DNA of 64,000 nt from Vicugna vicugna (Eukaryota). The translations under genes were made by a program, and so were the position numbers. The stretch is from NCBI GenBank assembly GCA_013265495.1, contig MU058791.1, positions 1 to 64,000 on the forward strand, read 5' to 3'. The notes beneath the pieces were generated by a model, which was not told where the DNA came from, made no database searches, and saw only the letters and a program-made list of their open reading frames with translations. Shown here piece after piece: positions 35,136 through 59,500 of the stretch (position 1 is the stretch's first letter; every line of letters begins with the position of its first letter).

Positions 35136-36802
35136 AAAATATTATAATAATCCTTCAACTTTTAAATGCTGAGATACTAACAGCGCCAGCCAACAGACTG
35201 CCAGCTCTCAAACTGAATTTCCAAAGCATAGGCTTGGGTGTTTATAGGTAACAAAAACCGCCTTAGGGGACGTTCTAGGGTTTAGCTGTCACTTCTGCAT
35301 TTCACTTTTAGGAAGAGAAATGGCAGAAAGGACAGGCAGGGGTTACAAATCTCTCCTTGGTCAGCATTTAAGAGTAGATTTCTCAATTGCCATGGAGACT
35401 GGTTTTGGAAGGGCTGGTCGGTTTGGAGACTAGTCTCTGCTTCAGTCTTATTTTATGTATGCCTTGTCTCTGCCTGATTTTGATGGAAAGTTAGTAACAA
35501 GGGAAATTACAGGACATGGGCCTTGAGAGCTCAGGGAAAGGGGTGGCAATCTCTGGAGAATCATGATGCCGATGATTTATAACAAGGATTTTTTTTTTTT
35601 TTAAAGAGGCATAGGGGAAGGCTACTGTTAGAGCAAGTTGTTGGGGCTGAGTTTTACTTATTTATGAGAAGAGTTGATCTTTGTCCTCTTGTTCCATAAT
35701 TCTCTACATTCTTGTTTAGGAAGTACAACATAAAGATCTTGTATTTTTGCTCCTAAAAATATATCTAGGGAAGACAGTGACCCTGTAGACAAACAAAATA
35801 TACTGCAGCCTTTCTGGCATTAGTCCCCTGATTCTCTCTGGCTCAGGGGCCTGGCTAACCCCTGGATCCAGGGCTGGAAGCATGACAGAGGCATGGCCAA
35901 TGAGAACCATCTAGAGACTTCTGCTCGGGGCCACCCGAAAAGGCAGTAGTCCTGGAGCTGCTGGAGGCCACAGAAGTCCACAGAAGCGCCAAGCTCAAGA
36001 GGTAAGGAAACGGCCAGTAATGCTGGTGGACCCCTGAGGAGGATGGGGTTTTAGGCACAGCGTGAGCCCCCCACAATCCCTTTTTTTCCCTTTAAAAACA
36101 ACTGTATTGGGTTTCTGATACGTGCTATGTGGCTGTACCATGGTTTAACACCAAGACAATGCCCCACATCACGTGAACCATCACGTAAACCTTATTCCTA
36201 TGGATTTGGTTTTTAGAAATTTCAAGTACTCTTTGAGGTAAGGACAGGAAATGAGATTCTAAAGTATATACACGTGCTTGGGGGATGGGCTTTGTCTTTT
36301 CATTAGCCTCTTAACCAACAACCGTTTTTCTAAGAGATGGTCACCCTCCCGTAGTCAGCTGACTGTAAGGACCCTCGCTAACTGGAAACACTTGCTTATC
36401 GCAAATGTTATTGTCCACTTTATACCCTCGCTACATAGGTTAATTCCATATAGTGGGTAATTCAATTAGGAGAGGCCAAGAAAGTCCCTGTAGGCCTGTC
36501 TTTAAAAAAAACAACTAATGGCAACAGTTACTTGCACACCTCGCTATTTTTTTTTTTTTGGAGGAGGGTGGTGGATATAGTTAACCTAATTTGCAATTCA
36601 GGGCTATTTTCCTATAGAAATACTGTATTCTGGACTAGATCACAAAAGTAACAGCTGAGTTTTTTGTGTTTTGTTTTTTAAAGCTGGATTAAACATACAT
36701 GCATTTATGTTCTTTAATATTAGCTGTAGCTTAGCATTTAAACGAAGGCTACAACCTCCCTGTAATTACAATTCCATACTACGACATGCATTCTATGTTG
36801 CT

Positions 36803-36808
36803 TTTATT
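36803..36808 (-). terminator. NUDT5: NUDT5 proximal poly(A) signal
   Basis: TTTATT (AATAAA on minus) ~110 nt downstream of the stop codon. Confidence 0.6.
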
Positions 36809-36918
36809 TTATGAAAAAGCTAATTTCAAATCTACATTAAGACTAAGCTGAATACGAAGTCTTAGTGAAGGAGGCCTGGTGGTTCTGTGTATAAAAACAT
36901 AGCCACTGTCCTTTGGCC

Positions 36919-49111
<12,193 letters not shown>

Positions 49112-50809
49112 TTTCCAGCTCGTTTCCCTTTGGAGTCCCCGGGCAAGTTCACGCTGTGAGAGAATGAGATTGGTTCAGGCTAGGTACATGTTTCAGAATT
49201 AAACATCTGTCTGTAGGTCACTGGTCAAAGCACTTAAATGGCTGAAAACTGATGTCAGCAAAGCTGCTTTTCTCACGTGAAGATCTGGGAGAACTGTCCA
49301 AAGTGGAAGGGCCTTGGGGACACCCAGGAAAGAGCTCAGAGCTCCCCAGCGAGACCCCACCCACGCCTGCAGGTTCCTGCCGTGCGGACCAGGCCCAGCC
49401 TGACTCCACAAGACCCTTCCGAGGGGATAGAGCGCAAAGATGGTGAACCTCGCCCCACGCCCACCCCCCACTGCTGTCCCTTATCAGCCCCGGCGAGTGA
49501 GTGAGTGAGTGTGCATGCTGCTGAGAAACGGAAGCCACGCTGGGTCTTGGTCCCACGTGACCGGCTCGTGCTCCGGACACCTGCAGCTATCCGCGTGCCG
49601 TCACGGCGATGTTACCGCAGGGACCCCGTGGGGCCTTTCAACCCGGAAACTTCGCACTGTGCTTCCTGAATTGCCTCACGGGTCCCTTCCTCCCGTCCGT
49701 GCTCTCTGTTCTCCGGGAAGCAGTGCTTAGCTGTTGGGCTGCTCGAATCGGTCCTCTGTCTTATCTTTTCACCCCCATTTTCTGTTCCTTGTTATTTTGT
49801 CTCCGTTTCTCAGAGGCTATTCCAGCCCGTCACTGCCCTTCCCTGGGCCCAAGGACTGACGGAGCCCAGGAGGCTGGTTTGCGGCCCGGTTTTCTGGCGG
49901 GGCCGCAAGAGCAGTTACTGCGCTGTCTGCGCTGCTCGGGTTCTACTGCCCTCGGGGGCTGCGTCCGCCTGAGGCGCAACACGTATTTCTGTTGTGTTAT
50001 GACAACGTTATGACCATTGTTGCTTGCAGACTATTTTGTGGGCAAAACTAGGAATTACTTTGACACAGAAGCAAAACTTGAGGCCTTAGGTAAAAAAAGA
50101 CGACGATATGTTAAAGAAAGAAAAATAACCTCTTAATGCGGATGAGAGGGAAAAAAAGCCTGTATATCTTCACACTCAGTGAAGATGAATGCTAATCGAT
50201 ACGGAGTGATCAGGAAAGGCCCTTAATTTGGTGACATCTTAACAGAGGCATGAAAATAATAAAGAACGTGGATATTTGGAGACAGACATTTAGCATAATA
50301 ATTATATGCACACAGCATAAGAAAACAGGCAACTATTTCTTTGAAAGTATCCCAGATGGTAATTTTTAGGTAAACTTTTAAGTGGCACTGGTTTATATTA
50401 GACAAATAGTTTACATTATATTATTATAGGCAATCAAAGAAGTGTGCTGCCCCCGATGAAAACTTTGAGGTTAGGTAAACCACGGGCTGATACCTGTCTC
50501 TCTACCTGCGAGCGCTACACCCAGAGAAAAGAAGTTTGTCCATCTAGATTTTTATCATCTAGATTTTCGATCCCTTCTATTAATAACACATACGCAAGAG
50601 AAGGAAAATTTCCACAACTTTCAGATCTGACATTTAAGAGAAAATAAATTAGGCAACCAAGCAACCCCATTTAGTGCACAATATAATCTGCCCAAAACAA
50701 TAGTACAAAATGCTTGGATTAAGTCAAATTTCTATCTCCTTCTAAAGTGACTCTCTGACCCCAAATAAGTTTTCTGTGCATACCCACACTTCTTATCCTT
50801 ATTTTTAAA

Positions 50810-50938
50810 TTAATTTTTTGGAGAGCGGAGATAATTAGGCTTAGTTATTTATTTTTAGAGGAGGTACCAAGGACTGAACCCAGAACCTTGTGCATGCTAA
50901 GCATGTGCTCCAGCCCTTGAGCTATACCCGCCCCCCTC
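50810..50938 (-). mobile_element. vic-1-like SINE
   Basis: gaggaggtaccaaggactgaacccagaacc...gagctatacccgcccc. Confidence 0.85.
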
Positions 50939-53900
50939 CAAAATTCCTAAACGCAGGGAACTGCAGTCCTTAAAAAGTACAAGCACCACCAGGAGAACAG
51001 GTAGGAAGAACTAGATGATCCCTAATTTTCCCTATGAGAAAGTTTTAAATCTGGATTCCCAGTAGACAAAGTGGTCTGTAACAGCTAATTTAGAGGAGCA
51101 AAGAGGTCCTCCTCCTAAGCCCATGTGAGTATCTTTAGGAGCAAAGGGGCATCTGGTTCCTTCAGATTTACATGTAGCTTTAAGGCACTGAGATTATCTG
51201 CAAGAATCCCTTATGTTTTTATCTTTACAGCTGTCCTCAGATTTCCAAAGGGACTGTTGACAGCCAAAAGGGCGAAGAAGCACTTTTCTGAAGGATGATT
51301 CCTCATCGACTGCTCTTCATCGAACCAAGGTTGCTCAATTCAAGCACAAAACAGTCCCAGGAATCAAAAATCCATCCTCGGTCAGCAAATGTTAAACTAT
51401 AAGGAGTTGTTTCAAACACACTGTACTTTTAAATGTTTAAGCTAAAATGTTAGAGATCTAGAAAAACAGAAAACGGGCTCCAGATATAAATTACGAAAGA
51501 AAGATAGAAGAAAAAAAAGAAGTGGCCAACAGAGCCAGCTTCTCTAGGGTAATCACCTGGAAAGCAGTCAGCCCCAAGGGGGAAAGAGTATTCTGTAGTG
51601 ACATATCCACAGTGTAAGAGACAAAAACAGGATGAAAGAGGGATTTCAGAAGTATACTGTTTACTAGGTAATCCCCAAAATGTTCAGGATTATGAAGGCA
51701 CCTCGAAAATACTGCTGAAACAGAAAAGGATGATTCTTTTTAGCACCATTTCAGAAAAAGAAGCAAAAAGGTGCCGAGGGGGCTGTCACTCCAAGGACAG
51801 CACTGCGGAAACCAGGGTCTCCGTGCCCCCTGCTCTATTCCTACCCAGACAGAGCTGGCCTCTGCTGACTTCACACTATTTTGAGATTTAAAAGTAAAGT
51901 TTACTATGAGTTTTATCCACTTCATTAGCTAGAACTTAAGGTCATCTACATTTTGCTGCTAATAGGTGTACATTATATGTAAAAACAAAAACAAAAAAAA
52001 CTCCTGTGTACATAATGTTGAGTGTTCTGGTTGGTTTTTTTTTTTTTGAGTGTTCTGTTTTAATTCACATAATCCATTTTAACTTAATTCAGCTTGAACA
52101 CTGAAGGTCTCTGATGTATGGTTTTTCCAGGGCACAAAAAACTCCGAGGAGGGGAAATGTCACAGGATTCCTAGAATTCCTCACAGTGGCAGGCAGCAGT
52201 GTTCAACTCGCTGTGTTAGCACGGGCAGTTCACAAGTTTGAGTATAAACCAACTGCCAAGTGAGCGTCATTCCAGCTCTGGGGGCCCACGTAGTTGAACA
52301 CGTAAATAAAAAACCAGAAGGGCAAATGCAGACAGTGTGCAACACTAGGCTGCTTTAAGGGAGGGACAGATGACATCCACTTAGGAGGCAGGGCAAACAG
52401 TAAAGGCTTTTAAAAAGCTACTATTAAAAGGCAGTTTGATACTAAGATAGGATTTAGAGACCAAGAAGGCAGAGAAAGCCTTCTGAGAAGGAATCACAAG
52501 AACCAAATCGGAGATGTTAACTGGGGGAAGGGTTGAGAAATCACGGGACAGTTTGGCAAGCCCTGTGGCTCTCACTCAACCTTTTCCTCCCCACCCCATT
52601 CCAAAACACCAAAAGCAAGCCCCATATGTAATGGACGATGTTAACATTTACAAACGTATATCCAAGGGTTTCCACAGATTCAGCTGGATGCCTGACCCTT
52701 CCCGGGAAGATCTGCAGGCAAATAAAGCACTCAACAACCCTAGCTGGCAGGCCACAAACTCTTGCTGCCTTGAGAGTTCCTCTTCGGGTTAGCACTAAGG
52801 TCTCTGCTAGTAACTTGGGTATTTCAGTATTAGAATCAACAGCTGGATTCGAGCTACATGGGAGTTCAGATTCAAGAAATTAAACTGAGACACTCAAAAG
52901 CCAGGCTGCAGAGTTTGCCCTCAGGCGCCTCATGATTCAACCATTACCACACCCGAACCCCTGCACTTTGCTGAGGTTGCAACAAGAGGCAAAAATCACA
53001 AAAAGAAATCATCCACTGGTTAGTCTCTCCTGGCAAACAGTTGAGTATTGTAGTAAACACCACCTCAACCAAAAAAAAGAAGTAGGAGCTCCAATCATAG
53101 GCAAAACTTCTGATTGACAAGTGAAGGTCAGGCAGTTGGAAGAGTTTAATAGGAAACAGAAATCAGCAAGGCACCTTGAAAGAAATTAAGTGGGAAATCA
53201 ATTTTTGCAAAAAGTAACTATGCTCGTGGTACTGAAGTCAAGCATCCCTTGCTCAGGCACGTCTATGACGCCAGTCTACATTCCTTCCAGGACAACTGAA
53301 GGGCAGGTGAACAACCAAACAACTATGCAGAAAAGCCGCCTGATTTACAACAAAGAATCAATTAGTATAGTTACATTTAATAATCTTGGTTATAATCGTA
53401 AGACTTCAAAAATTTTAGTCTTTTTAAAGATAATATTTTAATCAGTCCTTCTTTTATACCACCTGTGGTAAAATTCTGGTGTCCACATTAAATGGGTTTC
53501 ACTTTACCTGAGCTTTCCTTTGCTAGCAACAATTCTCCTCACTAATGAATACTTCTGGCAGGTGCTTTGTTAGTGACAGAGAGCCACTGAAAGTTTTCTT
53601 CTTTCTTTTCTGGTAGGTGTAAGGGCTTGGACAGGCAGGGAGGGAACTAACATTTTACTGAAATTATACTACTTGGTGATTTATAATCATTACACTTAGT
53701 GCTGGTTAAGCAACAGTGAATTGATTGGGAAAGTTAATTGGTTACAGCCACACAGTAACAAGACCAGTAAAGAACCTCTTTTGATAGCCCAGGAAAGAGA
53801 TAACCTAGGCTGGGACTAGGGTGGAGCAGCAGCGAGCAAACAGACTTAACTCTTTGCAGGTGAGAGTTTACTACTTTTCCTAAAACAGTTTGTGGGGGTG

Positions 53901-56456
53901 GGGTTTCCAAAGCCAATTCCAAGCAGGCGATGATCTCAAAGGACATGGGGAGAAAGGGGTGGTACAGCTTTCAAATCTGGACACACTGAATTGAGACGTT
54001 GGTACAATATCCAAGTGGAGAAAACCAGCAGGGAGTTGGAAATACTAATCTACAATACTAATCATATTATGAATTCAGAGAAGGAAATGTTTTTTCATTG
54101 TGTGTTCTGAAATTGCTCAGTTACCCCTGCCCCCTGCCAATCCCTTGGCTACTGATACTTTTTTGGCAGACACGAGAAAAAACAATTTTTCCACTGTTGT
54201 GAAGGTTTCATTGAAGAAACTTGATGAGTATAAACACTTCATGGCCAAATGAAGAAAAGATTAACACAGTGGCTAAAAAATAGTGGAAGTGAATTGAGCT
54301 GTACCCATTCAAAATACTGAAGCATCTGTATTATTTGATGCTGGTTGGATGTGTGACAAGTTACTTAAAATCAACTGTGAGTACTACTACAGTGTCACAC
54401 ACTACTCAAGTATATAGGCTAAATAAAAGACATCTGCATCAAATTCCTTCCCGGTAGAGTCTCTAAATTTACAAATTTAGCTGCTTCTCTACAAAAAAGT
54501 GCAATTTAGTACTAAAGCTTTGCAGCTGCCTCAACCTCTACATGCATGTTTCCTGGGATGTTAATGTATTACTCCTCCCAGAGTGGCTACCTTCCGAGTT
54601 TCTCCTTTCTCCTATACTTCAATTAATTCCTATCTTCAACAGAAAAAAACCTTACCCAAATTAACCCCACCAGTGCTAACATTTCCCTCAGCTGCTTGTT
54701 TATTTCTAGGTCAAATCAAAACAAATATTCGAGAGACCACTCCATCCGGTATTAAGTGTCTTTTAGACCGGGCAGTCTGGCACTGTTCTCCCAGCATTAT
54801 GGAATACTGTTTCTTTCCCCCTCGGAAACAGAAGGCATTGCATAATCCTGAATCTCAAGACGTCCTGATGATCCACTAGCGCCACCTCTCCTCCAACATA
54901 CTCTGCAACATTGTACTCTTATTTACCTCTGTTTAGAAGATGTATGTTTAAAAGCAATGCTCCCAACTAAGCCACTCAGTAACATTTTTTTAGCAAAGGA
55001 AAACAGGAAACAGTGCATATGGGGGGGGGGTGGAGTCCCGTAATTATCCTAACGAATATATTTCTAAAGAGGCCTGTAATCGGTGAGGTTCTCACCTCTA
55101 TTTTATTTATTTATTTTTAACATTTACCTCTTTCTATTTTAAAACGACTTAAGATAGGCTAGTTAAGATGGTGCAATTTTAAGGAGCTATACAAAATGTG
55201 AGTCCGTAGGCATAGGTGCCAGGGACAAGCCAGAGGCATACAACTGTAAGAAGCAAGGCTAGGTTTAAAAGGCGTTTCTCAGCACCCAGTCATTTCTCTT
55301 AAGTCATTTAAAGAAGTAAATAAAAGTTAAGCTTTCTTAATACTGTACTTTCTGGTGGCCATCTGATACGTCATTACGGAAGTAACAGGGAAAACAGGTG
55401 ATCGGAGACAGAAGAAGAGGGAAAAAGAATGACATGACAAATTCGACTAGAATTCCCACAGACTAATGAACCCAGCATGGCACGGATACTGATGCAATCT
55501 GGCTGTGTTTTCACAGGCTGCTACTTTGCGAAGCTGGAATAAATAATAAACTCTACGCTCAAAGGAGATGCCTCTCGTTTCCTCTATGCTCCCAAATTTA
55601 CCACCTCTACTACGTCCAAAGTCGAACTCCCCAGGATGGTGCAGAGGGGACCCTTAGCTCTCTCTCATAACCCTCCCCCACGTACCAAGAGGGGCCACCC
55701 TCCCCTTTGCAGATGCCTCAACCGCTGCACTCACGCTAAGATTTCACTGTGGTGTTTCCTGCTTTCTCTTCTCCGAGTAGCCCACCCCTTCAACCCTGTC
55801 CGTGGTTCGCCGCTGAACCTGCCCTCCTTTCCGCGCCTCGGCGGGCGCGAGCCGGGTCCGCAGCCGGGGACACGCGCGCCGCTGCCGGCACGCTCCAGGT
55901 GTGCCTCCCTCCCTCTCCGGCTAAGAGACCCTGCACGTGAATGGCCCGCGCCCAGTTACCTACTCCAAGGCGTGGGGCGAAGGGATGGGCACTCCTCTAA
56001 GAAGGAGGAGGAAAGAGAAACCGCGAGTCCGAGGCGGCAGCGATGCGGTACTACTACACTAGCCACAACCAAGCCTCGAGATGAGGTGGTGAGAGGGTGC
56101 GCGCTCGCCCCCTCCCGGCACCTTTAGCATGCCCGCCGGTGACCCAGCCGCACACGATTACCTTCCGGGGCAGCGCGCGGCTGGGCGGGAAGCGGGGCGG
56201 CGCGCTGCTTAGAATCTTTGTCTCAACACTTCCGGAATTCCTGTTCCGCAGCCAGAACTCTATGCGTGCGTGTGTTTGTGTGCGTGTGTGTCAGTGTACA
56301 CTAAAAGCACGCCCCACGGTTCCTTCTCTCGGCTCCCTTTTCGCTCCTTCCTCCTTGCCTAAGGGACCGGAAGTGTCCTTGAACCAAACCAGCTCGGCGG
56401 GCACTTCCGGGACGGGAGACCAGGGTTCCGGGAGGGTGCTGGGAGGAGAGGGAGAA

Positions 56457-56477
56457 GCGGCGGCGGCGGCGGCGGCG
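56457..56477 (+). repeat. (GCG)7 trinucleotide repeat in the CDC123 5' UTR
   Basis: Read directly; ends 8 nt before the ATG. Confidence 0.95.
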
Positions 56478-56485
56478 GCTGGAGG

Positions 56486-56559
56486 ATGAAGAAAGAGCAT
56501 GTGCTGCACTGTCAGTTCTCCGCATGGTACCCACTGTTCCGAAGCCTCACCATCAAGAG
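56486..56559 (+). CDS. CDC123: CDC123 exon 1 (coding part)
   Basis: ATG AAG AAA GAG CAT...AG|gtgaga. Confidence 0.95.
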
Positions 56560-59500
56560 GTGAGACAGGAGTGGGCTTCGCCGGCGCGAGGGGCCCAAAG
56601 GACTGCGACATTTGGGGCGAGTCCCACCTCCGTCCAGACGACCGCAGGCCTGGATGGGAGCGCCGGTGCCGAGATTTCGACTTCCTAGGGATATTTCGTA
56701 GGGGGGACGGAGGGGGGTGAATGAACTCGATCCATATTTGCTGTGCGTCCTATTGCGCGATAGGGAGGCTGCTGGGGAAGTAGAGGGCGCACCCTGGCTC
56801 ACTGAAGGTCAGAGAAGGGCTGAGGAGCAGATAAAGCTGGTTTAGGCTTGCGGGTTCACCATCACTGCTTTTAGAATTGCCCGAGTCGGGAGGTGACCAG
56901 GAGAACTGGGTAGTCTGGGCTTTGCCACTGACCCGCCGCGGGACTTAAAGGCTTTCGGTCACCGTCAAATGGGAACAAGGATACAGACCCAACCTCAAAT
57001 TCTGTTCTGAAGCCCCAGTAGGATAGAGTACGTGGAAAGCATTAGTAAAGTATACTTATGTATTGTTAGGGATGGAAGCCACCTGGAAGAGAAGTGGAAT
57101 AGTATTCGTTTAGTTCCCTGGCCCACGACAAGGAATCCATGCCCGGTTTGCAGGGCAAGCAGAGGATTAACTGTTTCATCCTTCACCCGGTCACTCAAGG
57201 TAATGTAGGCAAGGCAGCTAGGAGAATATCCCCAAATGTTCAAAAGCAGTCTTAACATCTGGAGCGTGCTGCAAGGGTAGGCTTTTCCACACTAAGACGG
57301 ATAGATAAAGAACTTTGAATCCGTGGATAGGATTTTCTGTATTTTGCCCGCCCCCCTTTTAGACCTGGATTGCCACTTATTTAAATGTCAGCCGTCTGTT
57401 CCTTTTCATTCTTGGTGCAGAGAGTGTGAATACACAGAGGGAGACTTTTGAAATCCTGAGGATTTGGAAGAGCATAAAGAGATGATTCAAAAGGCAGTTC
57501 TTTTCTGTCCTGTTATTCATACATTGAATCTGCTTCTGGTTATCCAGGGTGTGATGGAGGTTAGAGCAGCTCAGAGGAGGATGAGCTTTGCATTTGAAGA
57601 TAGCTGAAGTCACACCAAATCAGAAGGAAGAGCTTTAACAACTGCTGCAGATGTGACTTCCTAACATAGACGTTACTTGCCAGTAGGACATGACAGTCCT
57701 CTGTTATCTTGCATAATTGAAACAGGCTTTGGGTTTGAGGTGATACTGGAGTTACTTATTTTCTGTTGGTGTGACAGAAGGTATATTTGGGAACCTGTCA
57801 GACATTTTCACTTGGGTTTCACTCGAAACCGATATGTGCTTGGTGTGCAGGTACCTTTGTAACCTTTGGTGTAGTATTTTTTCTTTTCTTTTAAAAAAAA
57901 TTATATATTTATTGAAGTGTAGTCAGTTTACAATGTTGTGTCTCGCATAGTATTTCTTCGCAGTAAAGTATAATGTTTAAGAATTGGGCTCTGGAGTCAG
58001 AGCCATCTGTCTGGCTTTGAATTTTGGTTCCACCAGCATCTTGAGCAAATTGCTTAATCTCTCTCAGCCCCATCTGGAAAATTGAGAAATAATAGGATTG
58101 TCATGGGAGTTAAATCAAATAAAGCATTAAAAATGCTCGCTACTGTTTCTGGTGTGTAGTAAGCACACCCAAAGCTGCTTGTTGTTAATATTTTGGATTT
58201 AACCAAAGCTCCATTGAAGCAGAATAATTTTAGTTCACTTAAAATGGGTACCATTCATATGAAGCTGGGAATGAGACACAAACCAAGAGGTGGGGTTTTC
58301 TTACCACTAAGCTGTGCTGCCTTAAAGTAGTCTTTCCTCTGTCTTTAAACTGTAACTTCAATCTAGTTAGTTCTGTGTTGATATCACTGGAACCCAACAT
58401 ATGACAGGGTTTTGCTCCATCCTGGTGGAGTTGTGTTAGATTTGTCATTGTCATTGTCACCATTAATGCCTAGAGACCATATTCTGGTTATTGGCTCAGC
58501 TTTATTATCTGGTGTTTATTAATCATGGTTCAGAGGTGATTACGTAGCTAAGAATACAGAATCATTTTTTGATAAGTTCTAGAACTTTGTCTGAGGCTTA
58601 AGAATAATCAGCTAGATGACTGTGGGCCATCCACTCTACCTTTCTAGATATTTCTTTCCTCAAACACGGAAGTTATATTAAATAATCTTTTAAAGACCCC
58701 TTCAACCTCCATTCCGTTAGAGTAACTTGTCTGTGTGTATAGAATTATATCTTATATATATATATATGTATATATATGTATATATATATATATATATACC
58801 CTTTCTAGGGTGGGTACTTTGCCATTAAATTCTTTTACATCTGTCAGTTGGGCCTCAGTGGATTCTTGGCTGCATGGTGGGTTTCCGTGGCTTTTCTGAC
58901 AGCCGCATTACTTGGGGCAGGTGTGTCTGCTACGACTTGTCTATGGCAGGCTCTCAGGCTTTCTTCAGAATTTTGGTAGCACTTGGTACAGCATTTATCA
59001 CATTGCACTATGATTTTTTGTTTTTCTTTTGTATCTTTTCCCACTCATAGGTTTTGAGTTTTTAATGGAGTCATCTTGATCTCTTCCGTGACTTACATAA
59101 CATAATGCAAGATCATGCCATTAAGAAGGTGACTTAGAACTATGACTGTAGAGCTCAGGGACTCAAGAGAACTGTGCAGAATCTTACTCGGTGTCAGCTT
59201 ATACCTGGAAGAATTGTAGACCCTCCAAAAAGGAAGAATTTGCAGAGAATTCAGGATGGAATCAAACAGTAAATAGATATTTTGAATCCAGTCTGTTGCA
59301 GCCTGGAGGGAAAGCCCAGCTTCACATCAAACTTGAGAATTAGTATAACTCAGAAACAAAGGACACAGACTCTGGAGTCATCGATCTGGGGACTTGAGAG
59401 ATGTTCTTGACATAGAAGAGGGCTCTGCTCTCACTGTGGTTAGGAAGATCGGCAGGATGTTTAGGAACCAGCATCCTTGACTGCATCTCTCAGTCTCAGG

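Larger units (their letters stand above)
55780..56800. promoter_or_regulatory. Bidirectional CpG-island promoter shared by NUDT5 (-) and CDC123 (+), probably including the NUDT5 non-coding exon 1
   Basis: CpG island containing the CDC123 ATG; ETS/GABP motifs at 56227-56237, 56366-56375 and 56402-56410; minus-strand donor candidates at 55960 and 56162. Confidence 0.8.
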
